The notes below the pieces were generated by a model. It saw only the letters and a list, made by a program, of their open reading frames with translations, searched no databases and was not told the origin of the DNA. Both the position numbers and the translations under genes were made by a program. Shown in pieces: positions 35,848 through 50,502 of a stretch of DNA of 64,000 nt. Every line of letters starts with the position of its first letter. The stretch's first letter is position 1. Source of the stretch: Setoptus koraiensis (lineage: Eukaryota > Animalia > Arthropoda); NCBI GenBank assembly GCA_048013815.1, contig CM106585.1, positions 10,850,001-10,914,000 on the forward strand, in the 5' to 3' direction.

Positions 35848-37933
35848 AAATTGTCAGCATCGCTAGTTTCGAGCCGTTTAACCGTGCCGGGCCAACTAAC
35901 GCCAGTTGGCCAGTTAACTCTGGACGGCGGTGCCCTGCCGGGCAGAGCGCTAATCCGCGCTTGTGTCGTTTAACCGGTTTAACCGGGCCGCCAATTGCGA
36001 TCACCGTCCGCCGAGGGACAAAATTTCAAAATTTGGCCACCGACCAACAAGTCGAAATGGCATCGCAAAATCGTCTTGTCCATTATGGCCAACGCACTGT
36101 GGCCAATGGCAGCCATATAATGGATACGGGGCGATCATTATCATTGTTGCAGCCAATACACACACACACACGGATAATCCCCGAGCTAATGATAGCGATC
36201 GCACAAATGAGTTGTTGATTTGCAGTGAATCCAATCATTTGATTGTTATCGGTACTATCGTGTATAATGGTTGTAGTGGCAGGGCGATCCAATGGGATCC
36301 CATTATAACTAAATGTCTATATGGAGTGGCATTGTTCATTTTTTGCTCTTTGCCGGTCGTTGTTGCCCGCTCACCGTAGGCAAACAAACCCGCTGATGAT
36401 TAACTGATAAGCGAGCCATTTGTTATCTGGTTATCTGGTAATTGAAATTGTTGCTCGCCCAATTGGCCGCTCGGCCGCTTGGCCGCTTGGCAAATTCCCG
36501 GATATGCTGCCTCTGTTCGCGCCACAGTCCAGTGTGTGTGTGTGTGCAATATCAATTATGATTATCATAATCTCGGCAGCGTTGCCAAAACACAAGCTGA
36601 CACTGTGTTTTTTGGCTGCTTTTTGGCTATTTTTCGGCTATTTTTTAGCGATTCTCTGGCTGTTTTTCGGCTACTGCCAAAACAACGGCCAGTGGGCCGC
36701 CAAAAGCACGAGATAAACACCAACAAATGACAATAAACACAACAATAGACAGCGGCTAATCGGACGTTGTCGCCATTTGTCAATCGGATCACATTTAATC
36801 TCATTATAGGTGCGCTATGGCCAGCATAAGTTAGTGTGCCGTCGGCCCCCATTAGTTGGCTGCGGCGGGCTCGCCGTCAAAGGAACACAAACCAAATCAA
36901 ATAAATAAGTAGCGGAGGGGAGAAATTTGCATACGATAGGAATGTCGCCAGCATATAGTGTGTGTGTTCAACATAAAGCAACAGATAAAGTAATATATAA
37001 AGTGTGTCGCCAACGAGGCAGCGCTGCGAGAGGCAGAGGATTTCGGGACGAGATTAGCTTCTTTTTATAGACACATAAAGAGAGATTGTTTTGGCTGTCG
37101 CTGTTGTCGTTGTTGCTGTTGTCGTTGTTGCTGTTGTCGTTGTTGCTGTTGCTGTTGTCGTTGTTGCTGTTGTCGTTGTTGGCTGGCAGCGGGCAAAAAC
37201 AGGCGCACAACATTTGTTGTTTGTGGTCATTACCAGCAATGATTGGCAACTAATAAAATAATCATTACTTATCTTGTACCTACAACAACAATTTGCGTGT
37301 CCGTTAATTCCCGGCCGGCAACAGCGACAGCACGACGGCAACAGCACCAGCACCAGCGACAACAACAACGACAACAATTGACAACAACAATGGCACCAAT
37401 GATAATAACAACAATCAGCCGTTTATGACTAACTAATTTGAGTACAACAGCGACAACAATTTGACAATTGGTGTCCCTCATTGGCCGTTATTATTATTTC
37501 TTGTTGTTATCGGTGTGTGTGTGTGTGTGTGTGTGTGTGTGGCCCTGGGTCCATTGTTGCTCACCGGCCGGCTCACCGGCCGCCAGGTAAATAGTGAACG
37601 GTGAACAGTGAATAGCGATGCATACCGAACTCATAGAGAACGCCAACAAATGGTATTTGGTGTCAGTATTTTAAAGCTGAAATTGGCCCTTCGCTGTTGG
37701 CCGTTCGCCATTTACCATTGGGTGCCCAATGTAAAGCAATGCAAGCAGTTAGTAAATGGCCCATGTCAAAAGTCAATGTTTATGTTTATTGTTGTTGTTG
37801 ATGGCCTTTATTTGTGATGAAAGAGATATTGTTGTGGTTGCTGTTGTGAGTCACAACTTGCGAGGACGTGAATAGGCACTAATGACCAGTATGGATAGTG
37901 GCATGATATATTGGACACACACAAGTTATTATT

Positions 37934-37973
<40 letters not shown>

Positions 37974-39600
37974 GGTGAGTCGGCGATCAGCGATGCGCTT
38001 TTTTGCCCCAGTCGGTGCAAAACGGCCAAACAAGAGATAAAAACAAACTGCCAGCAACACAATTATTTCGTATTCGTCGGGCTGCTCGGATGCTGCCGCT
38101 GCTGTTTAAACAAGCTGTTTATACATTTAAAGTTTGACCAATAGGGCCAAGAAAATACAACAGGCTGCTCGAGAGCGCCGAGATGCATACCGGTCGTGGG
38201 CACACGCTGCTGGCCAGCAGCGCACCACAACCACGGATGGCCGAGAATGTTTGCAAAAATCAAATTTTAGCCGTCAATTCCGCCGTCATGATGGGCGTTC
38301 AGCGAGCGGCCAGAGCGGCCAGAGCGGCCTGAGTGATGGCCCGACGGCCACAATGGACCACCTGTAATGCCCACCCAAACGGGCGCTTGCGCGCCTGTCC
38401 GAATGGAAATAGATTAATATCTATTATTGGCCATCGAAAGAGACAAATCATTATACCTGTTGGTGGTCTATTCAACGGCGACTCGCCGTTCGCATGTATC
38501 ATCATATCTAGAGAGGCACCCTCGAGTTGCCTCTCAACTCTGGCCACGCTGAGAATGGGTCTGTCGAATATTGCGAATATTGGTCACTCGTAACAGGTTG
38601 TTTGGGTCAAGATGAGCTCGTCAAGATGAGCGGAGATTAATCGCGGCGGCGGCGGCGGCATCGTATCAATGGCACGGTCACGGCGACTAGACCGGCCATT
38701 TGTGTGCAACGGCCAGTCTAGCATGTGTACAAATGTACACATTTATACGGTATGTATAGCAGCGACAACAGCTCTCTCTCTCTGCCTGCGCCATCTCACC
38801 TGAGCCGGCTCACCTGTGCTGGCTCACCTGTGCTGGCTCAGCTGGTAATGAGGCGAGCGAGAGAAGTTGCTGGCTGAATTTGCGCGCTGCCTCGTTTGAT
38901 TCGAACCGACAAATGGCGCATAGGATGCGAAAGCATACAGATGAGATGCGCCAGAGATAATAATTATGTTACATGATCACGGCGACGTCATTGGCAGCGG
39001 ACAGAATGAGCCGAGCTTTGCAAACATCATCATCATTTTCATGCTGTCTCTCGCTGTATGTGTATACAATGTGTATGCCGTGTGCTGGCGAGAGGCTGGC
39101 GAAGAAATAATTAATACGATGATTACTCTTGGGTGGCGCTGATTGGCCCCGCCGACAACAGCTGACACGGCCGACACAACCGACGCAGCCCACGGTCACT
39201 AGTGTCCAATTTGAACTTGTCGGCCGCCGCTCGCTCGCTTGCCGCATCAATTAAGCCGGCATGTGTCAAGTATCACATGCGAGCCATTGTTGGCTCGGTG
39301 GCGCCGGCGAGCCGTTGCGCTGTTGCGTAACCATCAACGTGATTGCTACCTGTGTGTCGCTCTGCGATCAGCTGATGCGAGCCGGCCCGACCAGCGAGAG
39401 ATAATAAAAATAAAATCAGCAGAATAATAAAAGCCAACGTCTCAATGTTATTATGACTGCCATTAGCTGCGAGGCAGCCTATAATTAGCAGGCGCAAACT
39501 CGGCTCGCATAAATATATACGTATATATATAAAAACGGCCGGAGTGCGAGCCCAAGCCGAGGCAAGTTATTTCCTGTTGTCATTCGACACTTGCCGGGCC

Positions 39601-39680
39601 GATGCGCGTCGACGGGCTGATGCGCGTCGCCGGGCTGATCCGCGTCGCCGGGCTGATGCGCGTCGCCGGGCTGATGCGCG
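39601..39680. repeat. 18-bp GC-rich tandem repeat GATGCGCGTCGCCGGGCT x4.5
   Basis: Units start at 39601, 39619, 39637, 39655 and 39673. Confidence 0.9.
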
Positions 39681-42659
39681 CTGACGGGCGCCCCCTCTGG
39701 CGGCGCGTGAAAATGCCCATTGTCGGGCACAGTTGGCCGCGACACTCACCGTCGCGGACAGTGCAGTTGGCCGCGGTTACCCGGCGCTGTGTGGCCTGGC
39801 CACCACTGTGGTAGCACCACACCAGGTGATTGCCAGGTAGGCGATTGGGCCGCTTCGGCGGTGGTGCCGCCGCCGAAGCGGCCACCCAAGCAGCGCCGGT
39901 GAGATTGCGGCGTGCAGCACCCACACGCACACGTTTGGGTGCCGTGGCCCGTGCGTTGCAATTGTTTTGTTCCCATGGCGCGCCGAACGCCTCAGAGGCG
40001 GCCCATTCGCGAGAGAATTCGAACGGCGAACTGAGCATTCGAACGGCGAACTGAGCATTGGAACGGAGAACGCGAGCGCAGCCTCAGAACAGCGAACTCG
40101 GCCAGAGAGAACGCCAACGACCAACTCGGTCGGAGAGAACGCGAACAGAGAACGCGAACTCGGAATAATTCCGCAGCGAGTTCGAACAGGCAGCGCGCTG
40201 ATGATTGGACAATGATGATATATAGTCCACAACACACACACACACACACACACACAAAGGTAATTGCTTTTCGCATTCCCCCGCCACGCCCCCTATTTAC
40301 CTGGTTCTTTGGTTTGTGTGAGTTGTGTGAGGAGCTGGCACTGAAACAGGGTATAAGTGGAGGCAGCGAATGGCAGTTAAGAATGGCAGCAGCGTTGGGT
40401 GCTGTGGAGCGTGATCCAAGGGCGCTTATTTATAAATTATAATCATTGTTGTTGTAATCATCTATCAAAGGTCGGCTGGCGTGCTGCTGTCGGACGGGCC
40501 GCTGCTGCATGCGGCCCGCTGATTGGCCGCATGCAGCGGACGGGCGCTCCGTGGTTCGGGCCGTGCCAACACAACAACAGGTTACAGGTGAGCATAAAAT
40601 AGATGTTATGTCCATTGTGTGTGTCGTGTTGCAGCAGCGCGTATAGGATGAAGATCTAAATCATCGGTTGCAGTAATGATAATATTATTGTTGCTGTTGT
40701 TGGTCGGATTGGCGCGCATTGGAATTGGTGTGGCTCAATTAGGTGCACGATAATATTTGTTGTTTCTCTTATTATCTCAATAGGCATCTCGTCTTGCACA
40801 CTCTTAGAATCACCTGACGGTTGTTGGCCGGCGCTGGGTGCACCTTTGCATATAGGCGCTCATTACCGGCCGAATGCCGCCGCTGGCACGACCACACATG
40901 CACATCATGTCGTACTTATCCACATCTTATATCCACATCTTATATCCACATCTTATATCCACATCGCATGCAAGCGAGCAAGTGGGCAAGCGAGCGAGTG
41001 GGCAAGTGAGAGCCCTCGACGATGACCACTCGAACGGCGCACTCGAGCCGGCCGACGAAGCGACGAAGCCGTGCGAGCCCCGCCACTCGCGACTCGCGAG
41101 AGAAGCCGTGCGAGCAGATGATGCGAGACAAGATGATTAAGTTGGCTGCTGGATGGTGATGACGAGTCAACGATGATGACGGCATGATCATCCCGTGAGA
41201 TGATCATATTGCATGCTCACATTATTATTGCCGCTTCTTTTATAGGCACGCCGGTGGTGGCCGCCATGATAGCGCCATCGGACGGCGCGCCGATCGACGA
41301 GAGCAGCGGAACGCGAGAGAAGCCGGCGAGAGAAGCAAGCGAGAGAAGCAAGCGAGAGAAGCAAGCGAGAGAAGCCGGCGAGAGAAGCAGAAGCGAGCGG
41401 CGGATGGGCGACTTTCCTTGGCGAGTCGCGACGGCCAATTGGCAACTCTCGGCCACTCTCAAATTGAGAGTCGCACAGGCAAACAATTACGACGTGGCAC
41501 CCAAGTCACGGATTCCTGATTGAGCTCACCTGTTGCCTGTTGTGTGCCTGTTGTAGCTTGTAGTTGGCGCTGCTGCCGTGCGTGTCCAGCGCGCAAATGG
41601 CCGGAGAGTGGCCATTTGTGTGGCCGGCGCAACGAGCCCAGCGGCCACTGCGGCCACTGCGGCCACTGTGGCAGCCATATCAACTGCGGCAACTATATCA
41701 ACTGCGGCAACAGGTGAATTGAGCCGACCGCTAAACAAGCCGTAGTAATGTAATGATGAGCTATGTCATGATTGAGACGCTCGTCGTTTCGAGTGCGTCC
41801 CTCGAAGCGTCGCTCGCAGAGCTCGTGTGCAGTTGAGGCATTGCTCGCGCGCGCTGCACGACAGTGTACGCACTGGCCCAATATAGGACAGCAACAACAA
41901 ATTATTCATACAGGCGTTTGCATATGAATAATGCGAACAACACGATGCCGCAACAAATAACTGAATAATGCATAACATGCCCATCTAAAGCAGGTTGTGC
42001 TGGCCGGCGGAGCATGTTGCGCAACGAGAGCGCCCGACAACAGGATCATCATTATAATGAACATCTCATGGCTCTCGGCTCAATAAATGACCACACACAA
42101 ACAATCGCGCGCTGCCGCACGCAAACAAGCCCCGCGCTTGGGTGCCGGCCCATTGTTATGCCACTCTCTCACCTGTGCACTCGTTCACCTGTGCGCCTGA
42201 GCGCTTGTTCACCTGAGCGCTTGTTCACCTGAGCAGCTGAGCACCCAAGCGCCCTCGCAGCGGCGCACTGTCCGGTTGCACAATCCGCCGCCACGACGGC
42301 CTGCAGCTGACAGCCTGAGAGTGTATGATTCATGCAACAGGTGAGCAGCGGCGAGTGATGATATTATTCTCCGCTGCTCCCCTATTGCTGCGCTGCTGTG
42401 TCTCGTCCGTCGTGGACGGCGCACCGACGCCCACAGTGCCCGCCCCCCCCCCCCCTGCAACACGGCGCATAATGGCCAGCAACGAGTGCATTATGTAATC
42501 TATTGTTGCTGTTGGCCGCTTAATGTTATCATCATAACAACGATATTAATATATTCATATCGTCATCGTCGCACTGGCCGGCTGGCCAGCGCCAGCAAAT
42601 TAGTCGCAGGGCGTGAATAATCAATTAGAAACCGAGCCGAGTCAAGTTTCTGGCGTTGC

Positions 42660-42840
<181 letters not shown>

Positions 42841-45800
42841 CAACAAAACGGCGACCGAGCGAAGCCACATTCGGCTCATTTTATTGCACTTTATTTTGCG
42901 CTCACAACTCGTTTCCTCCTGTTCGCTGTTGTTGGCTAACTCACTTAACAGCAACTTATATCTCTGTTAACTAATTAATTGATGACGCTCAACTCACTGC
43001 CTGCTCCATGATGCAACACACACAGCGGTTAGTGTTGGCCGCTGCAGTATTAGCCAGATGATGACGTAATCCAGCCGGCCGGCCGGCCGGCTAGACAGTT
43101 TGTTGGCGCAGTTTGTGGCCAGGTTTTGTTGCAAGGCCCACTATTACAAGCTCATGTAACAGTGCTGCAAGGCCAATGGGCTCGGCTGGCTTGCTCCACA
43201 GTGGTCCTATTGCTTGCCATTGCTAACTTGCTATTACTGGCATGCTATTACCAACTTGCTATTACTAACTCGCTATTGCTGCCGACTTGCTATCGCTCAC
43301 TTGCTATTACCAGCTCGGCCACTAACTAAGTTGCCTGGCTAATCCGAAGTGGTGATGGCAACTTATCAGATGGTCGTTACGTATTATTAGTATTATCCAA
43401 TAATTACCGTGTCCCAGCGACAAGCCGCCAGCCACCATCCAACAACAACAAGCCAGCCTAATTTGAATATCTCGTCTGGCAGACCATTTAGAGTGGCCAC
43501 TCGGCATGGTCAGCATGCTAGATGGCACCAAACTCTGACTTGTTAGCTGGAGTTTTACACACAGTCAGCCGATACAAACAGTCAGCTGATACAGACAGTG
43601 AGCCGATACACAGTCAGCTGATGCAGAGTTGGTCCCAGTGAGCAAGTTGGCAGCATATCACCGGGTGCTGACCATTCGAGTTACTCATCAAGTGTCAACC
43701 TGTTTTTATCGCACTTATTGCCGACAATCGTCATGCTGCAAAGAACACTCATCATCTCTCTATCTAACGAGCTATGTAAGCTATCTGGCCAAACTAGACT
43801 CTCTATGGCAGGCTTACATTGTTGTTCGGCCCAGCCAGCCAGCCAGCCAGCCAGGCAACTGGACATTAGCAGCATGTTGCATAATATGCACAGCATAGCC
43901 AATTATCCTATATTGTGTGCGCTGTGCTGTGGAAGCTGACCGCTTGGCGTTGTTGTTGCCAGTTGCAGCAAACAACAACAACAGGTATCAGCGGTATCAA
44001 GTATTAAGTTACTCTAGACAGCAGCAGCAACAACAACAACGACAACAACAAAGCTACAGACATCACAATGCCAGTGTATATAAACAACCGCCATTATAGC
44101 ATTGCGTCGAGCATCTGTGTGTGTGTGTGTGTTGTGTTTGCATATTCACACAAGCGCACTAATTTGCATATAGTGGCAGTCATATTATTTCATACATATT
44201 ATGTATTATATACTTATTATCTGCCGGCCGTGCACTTATTGCTGGCCAGTCAGCTCGGGCAACCATTTCAAAACGGCTCAACAATAACATCTCATGACCT
44301 GTTGCTAACGAGCCCGCTAAAGTGTGATCTACAGCGCCCCGGCAGCGACAATAGAGTTTTGGCAGTTGCGTGGCGCACAACATTGTAACACAACAGCTCT
44401 GAAAATATCCTTCTCTTTTGCGGGCTCTCCGACTCTCTGCGCTAGCTGCAAACTAATTATAACATGATAATTATCCATCTAGTTCCAAATATAAACCCTT
44501 GAATGTGTGTGCTTGCGAGTGCATGACCGCAAACATATCAACGCTCTCCATACCTAATGGCTGTTTTCTTCCTCTGCATTGTTGTTGCTGTTGTTGTTGG
44601 TGCTGTCGTTGGTGCTGTTGCTGTTGTTGCGTAAGCTAATTAGACAAATATGTGTATATAGAGCCGTATTTGCAAGCCATTTGCAAATCAATAGCAAACA
44701 GACTCACTCATGCAATGCCTAAAAGAACAAAACAGAAGCCATTGTGCATGCGAGCCCACGTTGAAACTCAACAACTTTTTGCTCTTGACGCCATCTCTCT
44801 TGGCAGCCATAACTATGCAGTCGGGTCCAAGCGATATTGTTGTAATTAATCATTATATACATTATGGCCAATAATAACGCAACAACAAAAAACAAGTTGT
44901 TCCGATGATGGGTGCCAGTTCAAAGTGGCCAATCATCACATGAGTTGCCTCAAAATCAGATTATTGTTATTATCGTGATCCTATAGATGCTGTCGCTGCT
45001 GCTAGCTGCTCATTTGCATAATAAGAAGCACGCATAATACCTGATAAATGATTTCATACGATAGGAGATGCAAATTTGTTGTTAGTGAGCCACTTGTTGT
45101 TCACACACTCACGAGATCAATGAAATCAATGAACAAACCAACAAAACTAATTGGATCGGCCATCACCTCCGATATCTTCTCGTCACTTTGTATATATATG
45201 AGTTTGGTTTCATACAAATGGCTTAGCCTATTAAATTGACTCCGCCATTATAATCTGAATAAGTGAACATAGATGATAACAAACAAAAGAATTCCTCGCA
45301 AGCTTAAGGAAGAGGCTAACAAAATTATCCTTTCAAAAGTTGATCGGCCAATTCAATTATGCTCTCTCTCTCTCTCTTGCTCTCATCATGTTGCTCTTTA
45401 TTCTCATCACAGCTCTTTTCTATGTCTATTTGTCTATAATTGTGTGTGGTTGTGTTTTGATAGACAGATGGATTATAAAAGCGCTCTCCATCTCTTTTTA
45501 TCCTCTCCTTTGTGTATGTATTTTGGCTAAAAATAGTTTTATTCAGTTTAGTCCAAACAATTATCAACACTCTATACCAATCGGATAATAATAATGGAAG
45601 CTAGATTAAGTAGCTGCGAAAATGAGATAATAATAGCAATAAATAATAAATAGTTGAGTTGAGTTGATAATAAGTAGTAGTTAGACCTGATTAGCCTATT
45701 TAGCTAAGGGTGCAGTCATATAGATAAAGAACAACAAAAACACATAAATAAATAGACCTCTAATGAAGTTGATAACCTTTCGCAAACCATCTCTCCTTGC

Positions 45801-45932
45801 AAGCCCTACATTAGCTATACATGTCCCTGCTACGTAATCTGTCTAGTCAGGCTGTCTCTCTCTCTCTCTCTCTTCTTTTTCTTTGGTTCTCCGAACAAAA
45901 ACATACCTGTACACTCATCATGTCAAGTAAAG

Positions 45933-46584
45933 CACTTTACTACACGACTACCACTACTTCTACCGTACCACCAACCAACTAATAAAGGTCGCCATCTCCT
46001 GTCATTCCAGGTAATTATTGAGTTTTTTATTTTATTCTTTCCAACACACTAATAGTGGCAATGTAATCAGCCGGCTTCTTTCATCATGTCACGCCCAAAA
46101 CTGGGACATCAATATGATTTATTGTATAATGCTTGTGATGAGGCCATTTATTTGGATCTTATAATATGAGCAGGTGAATAACATTTTCACTATTGTATCT
46201 ATAGAATTTTTAGATACGAATTTACCGTAGCGACAACTGTTGGACTCGTATTAAACCAGTAGTGCTTGTTAACAAGAACCTATCACTGGTAATTGAGACC
46301 AAACATTGAATTTGGTATTAAAGATTTTTTTTTCTTTTCAAATATTGCTCTTGTAGATGCCACTGAGAGATCTTTATCGCGTCAAACATAAAAAGATGAA
46401 GAGCGACGGCAAGATCAAGGGAAATTTAATTTCTGTATTAATTGATGCTTGTCGAAGTTATCATCAATCTCGCATTTCAATCAACCTCGATCGTGGTGGT
46501 CTCGATAACGGTCCAACTATGCCATTTATTTCAACTATTCCAGGGATAAAGCATACAACTCATCACGATAGTAATGAAGAGTGA
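45933..46584 (+). pseudogene. Possible spliced gene or pseudogene of unknown product (putative exons 45933-46010, 46056-46173, 46214-46288, 46357-46584; one in-frame TAA at 46162)
   Basis: GT-AG junctions join in frame into a chain ending in the 75-aa ORF ...HHDSNEE*. No family recognised, and two of the introns are only 40-45 nt. Confidence 0.25.
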
Positions 46585-47200
46585 TTCATCAGTGTCACTG
46601 TCCGCTCGTTTATTGAGTTGATGTCATTGTAGCAATACTACAAAATTAAAACAATAATAAATAATAATAACTAACAAGATCCCTCCAATGATATTGTCAA
46701 CCCAAATGACTTGTTTCGGTTGTTAGTGGAATTGTTTTGTGTAACTAATTAAATTTTGAATTTTAAGAAAGTTCGACTAACTTTTTTTCGAACATTTTTC
46801 TTTGAATTTGGCGCGGATTGTGAGCGAGAAAATGCGCACAAGGCGTGTTTGGCACGGAAGCAGCATGAAACCAATGCGGTGTGTTGTTGGTTCATTGAGT
46901 TCGAAAAAATTTCACAAAGAGTGCATCTGTACAGCCAAATCGTGATTGGTCAAAAAAGCTTTTATCCGCCCTTACATTTAATAACATTGTTGTCAGCTCG
47001 TTTATAATTGAAATAATACTGAATTGACCCAACTTTATCACTTTCTGTCGCTTGGCTTCACCTAAATATCAATTATGACACAACCACAAACCCAAAGAGC
47101 CGCCCAATCAGGGGCTGACCGTAACTTCAAGGATAAAGACAAGCCAAATCAAATTAGACAAAGTAACATGAGCGCTGCCAAGGCGGTTGCCGATGCCGTT
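46560..47200 (+). repeat. Segmental duplication, copy 1: upstream ORF end + CCT4 promoter/5'UTR + first ~42 codons
   Basis: Collinear similarity to 48712-49354 throughout (e.g. TTTATTGAGTTGATGTCATTGTAGCAATACTACA, GAATGCGCACAAGGCGT-type block, ATATCAATTATGACACAA). Confidence 0.93.
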
Positions 47201-48694
47201 AGAACTAGCCTGGGACCCCGTGGTATGGACAAGATGATTCAAGCGGCAAACGGTGATGTCACTATCACAAACGATGGTGCCACCATTCTTAAACAAATCG
47301 AGGTATTACATCCAGCCGCCAAGATGTTGGTAGAGGTTAGCCAGGCTCAAGATGTTGACGCCGGCGATGGCACAACCAGTGTGGTTGTTTTAGCCGGTTC
47401 TCTATTGGATGGCGCTCAGAAACTTCTTCAAAAAGGCATACATCCAACTATCATTAGTGATGCATTTCAAGAGGCGGCAAAAGCCTGCCATGAATCATTG
47501 GTGAACAAATTAGCCATAGAGGTCGATCTGAAAGATTTAGATTCACTGCAAAGAGTTGCTTCGACCTCTCTAAACAGTAAGGTAGTCTCGCAGCATTCTT
47601 CCCTCTTGGCACCCATTGCAGTGCAAGCTGTTTTAAAAATCAGACAAACGTTCGCTGGTAAAGATAATGTCGACTTGAGGAATATCAGAGTCATCAAAAA
47701 ACTCGGAGGCACTTTAGACGATACTCAACTCATAGATGGACTAGTATTAGATTCTAAATTCTGCAGCGACTTTGGCTCAAAACGTGTCGAAAAAGCCAAA
47801 ATAGGTCTCATTCAATTCTGTATATCACCACCGAAGACAGACATGGATAATCAAGTCGTCATCACAGATTATACCCAAATGGATCGTGTGCTTCGCGAAG
47901 AAAGGAATTATATACTCAACATAGTCAAGCAGATCAAGAAGGCCGGTTGCAACGTACTTTTGGTCCAAAAATCCATACTTAGAGACGCTTTAACCGACTT
48001 GGCTCTACATTTTCTCGGTAAAACCAAAATAGCTGTCGTCAAAGATGTCGAACGTGAAGATGTAGAATTTATATGCAAAACTCTCGGCTGCAGACCAATA
48101 GCTAGCCTAGATCACTTTACACCAGAGCACTTGGTATCGGCAGATCTTGTTGAGGAGGTAACAACGGCCAAATATATCAAGATAACAGGAATTCAACCAA
48201 ATCCTGTTAACATTGCCAATAAAACGGTCAATATACTTATCAGAGGCTCCAACAAGTTGGTCATGGAGGAGGCGGAGCGTTCGCTGCATGATGCCTTGTG
48301 CGTTGTCCGTTGCTTGGTCAAATCGCCTTATCTCATACCAGGTGGTGGTGCGCCCGAAATCCACTTGTCGCATCACCTAAGTAAACTGAGTCAATCGATG
48401 ATAGGTTTACAAGCGGTTTGTTTCCGCGCCTTTGCCGAGGCTTTAGAAATCATACCCTACACACTGGCCGAGAACGCCGGTCTCAATCCGATTGGAACTA
48501 TCACTGAATTGAGGCAAAAGCATGCAAATGGCGAGAAAAATTTCGGCATTAATATTAGAAAAGGAACCGTCACCGATATGCTAGGCGAGAATGTCTTGCA
48601 TCCCTTATTGGTAGCGACATCAGCAGTCACACTGGCAGCTGAGACAGCACGATCTATTCTCAAAATCGATGATCTAATAAACTCAGTGCGTTGA
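47075..48694 (+). CDS. CCT4: T-complex protein 1 subunit delta, intronless, 539 aa
   Basis: [69 protein letters not shown]-like, ARSILKIDD; CCT-delta-specific motifs. Confidence 0.97.
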   Translation: MTQPQTQRAAQSGADRNFKDKDKPNQIRQSNMSAAKAVADAVRTSLGPRGMDKMIQAANGDVTITNDGATILKQIEVLHPAAKMLVEVSQAQDVDAGDGTTSVVVLAGSLLDGAQKLLQKGIHPTIISDAFQEAAKACHESLVNKLAIEVDLKDLDSLQRVASTSLNSKVVSQHSSLLAPIAVQAVLKIRQTFAGKDNVDLRNIRVIKKLGGTLDDTQLIDGLVLDSKFCSDFGSKRVEKAKIGLIQFCISPPKTDMDNQVVITDYTQMDRVLREERNYILNIVKQIKKAGCNVLLVQKSILRDALTDLALHFLGKTKIAVVKDVEREDVEFICKTLGCRPIASLDHFTPEHLVSADLVEEVTTAKYIKITGIQPNPVNIANKTVNILIRGSNKLVMEEAERSLHDALCVVRCLVKSPYLIPGGGAPEIHLSHHLSKLSQSMIGLQAVCFRAFAEALEIIPYTLAENAGLNPIGTITELRQKHANGEKNFGINIRKGTVTDMLGENVLHPLLVATSAVTLAAETARSILKIDDLINSVR

Positions 48695-48711
48695 GTAATG
48701 AGGTATATAAT

Positions 48712-49354
48712 TCATCAAGATAGTGATGAGGAGTGAGTCATCAGTGTCACTGTTTAACCTTTATCTGCTTGTTTATTGAGTTGATGTCATTGTAGCAATA
48801 CTACATAATTCAAACAATAATAAATAATAACTAACAAGATCCTCTCGAAGATATCGTCAACCTTCATGATGGTGTTTGTGTTAGCGGCATCTTTTTGTGA
48901 AGTCAGTTAAATTGGAAATCAAATTATTTGTTTATGAGTAAGTTCGTCGAACTCATTTTCGAACATTTCTCTTTGAATTTTGCGCGGATTATGAGCGAGA
49001 GAATGCGCACAAGGCGTATTTCGCGCGGAAGTTGCATGAAACCAATTTTTTTGTTTGTTGTTGGTTCATTGGATTCGAAAAATGTTATACAACGAGCGAA
49101 TCAGAACAGCCAAATCGTGATCGGTCGCATAGCCTTTATCAGTTTAGACATTTAATATGATTGTTGCCAACCCATTTTGAACTGAATCAACTAAACCACA
49201 TCACTTTCTTTCTCTCAGCCTCACTTAGATATCAATTATGACACAAGCACAAACCCAAGGAGCTACCCAATCAGGTGACCGTAACTTGGATGATAAGAGC
49301 GAGCCAAATCAACAAAGTAACACGAGCGCTACCAAGAATGTGGCCGACACCTTT
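48712..49354 (+). repeat. Segmental duplication, copy 2: supplies the CCT4 3' flank, the AsnRS promoter and the AsnRS N-terminus
   Basis: Matches 46560-47200; begins 18 nt after the CCT4 stop. Confidence 0.93.
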
Positions 49355-50404
49355 GCAACAATTAAATTAAGAGACGCTGCAAATTATCGTAATCAACGTG
49401 TTCTAGTTCAAGGCTGGGCGCATCGTATCAGACGTCAAGGAAAGAAATTGATGTTCATCATATTACGTGATGGTACCGGCTTCTTACAATGTGTATTATC
49501 GAAAGGCCTATGTGAAACTCACGACAGCCAGGTTTTGCAAACAGAGGCCACAGTCAAAATATATGGAACACTTAAAGCTCTTCCCGAAGGGAAACAAGCT
49601 CCGGGAGGTCATGAGCTGCAGGCGGACGATTGGAAGTTAATCGGGAATGCACCAGCTGGAGGCATCGAAAACGCTCTGAATGAAGAATCTGCTGTTGACG
49701 TGCAACTCGACCAAAGACATCTGATGCTTAGAGGAGAGAACCTTAGTCGTATCATGCTTTTCAGATCTATCTTGACTAAGCATTTGAGACTCCATTATTT
49801 CGACAGGGGCTTTGTTGAGATCACTCCACCGACATTGGTTACCGGTCAAGTGGAAGGAGGCTCTACATTATTTAAACTTAACTTCTTCGGCGAGGAGGCC
49901 TATCTCACTCAGTCATCTCAACTGTATCTCGAGTCAGCGCTACCAGCACTTGGCGACGTCTTTTGCATAGCTCAATCCTATAGAGCTGAACAATCAAGAA
50001 CACGAAGACATCTAGCTGAATACACTCACGTAGAAGCTGAGAGACCATTTATCTCATTCGATGAGTTACTCGACACCATAGAAGATCTGATTTGCGATCT
50101 AATAGATAGAGTTATGAATGATCCAGTCGCCTCCAAAATTGTCAAGGAATTGAATCCTGACTTCGTCGTACCTAAAAAGCCATTCAAAAGGATGCATTAT
50201 GCTCAGGCAATCGAATACTTGAAAGAAAATGATATCACCAAAGAAAATGGAGAATTCTATCAATTCGGTGAAGATATACCTGAGATGCCCGAAAGGAAGA
50301 TGACCGATAAAATTAATGAACCTATTATGCTAACAAGATTTCCAGCTGGCATAAAGGCTTTCTACATGTCCAAGTGTAGCGACGACGAAAGAGTCACTGA
50401 ATCG
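49238..50404 (+). CDS. NARS1: Cytoplasmic asparaginyl-tRNA synthetase, exon 1 (CCT4-derived N-terminus, OB fold, catalytic core)
   Basis: QGWAHRIRRQGKKLMFIILRDGTGFLQC, EGGSTLFKLNFFGEEAYLTQSSQLYLE, YRAEQSRTRRHLAEYTHVEAE; donor TCG|gtaagt. Confidence 0.96.
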
Positions 50405-50502
50405 GTAAGTTATATCGCAAAATACATTAATATTCGATAAAACATGACTTTGTGCCCCAATGTGAAGCTATAATTATTATTACCAATTATTTATTTCAAC
50501 AG

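Noticed and set aside
43698-43733. AG/GT-bounded 36-nt segment on the minus strand encoding MTIVGNKCDKN, resembling a small-GTPase G4 (NKxD) motif
   Set aside because: No G1 (GxxxxGK[ST]), G3 (DxxG) or convincing G5 exon found nearby; weak donor (GTTGAC); probably chance.
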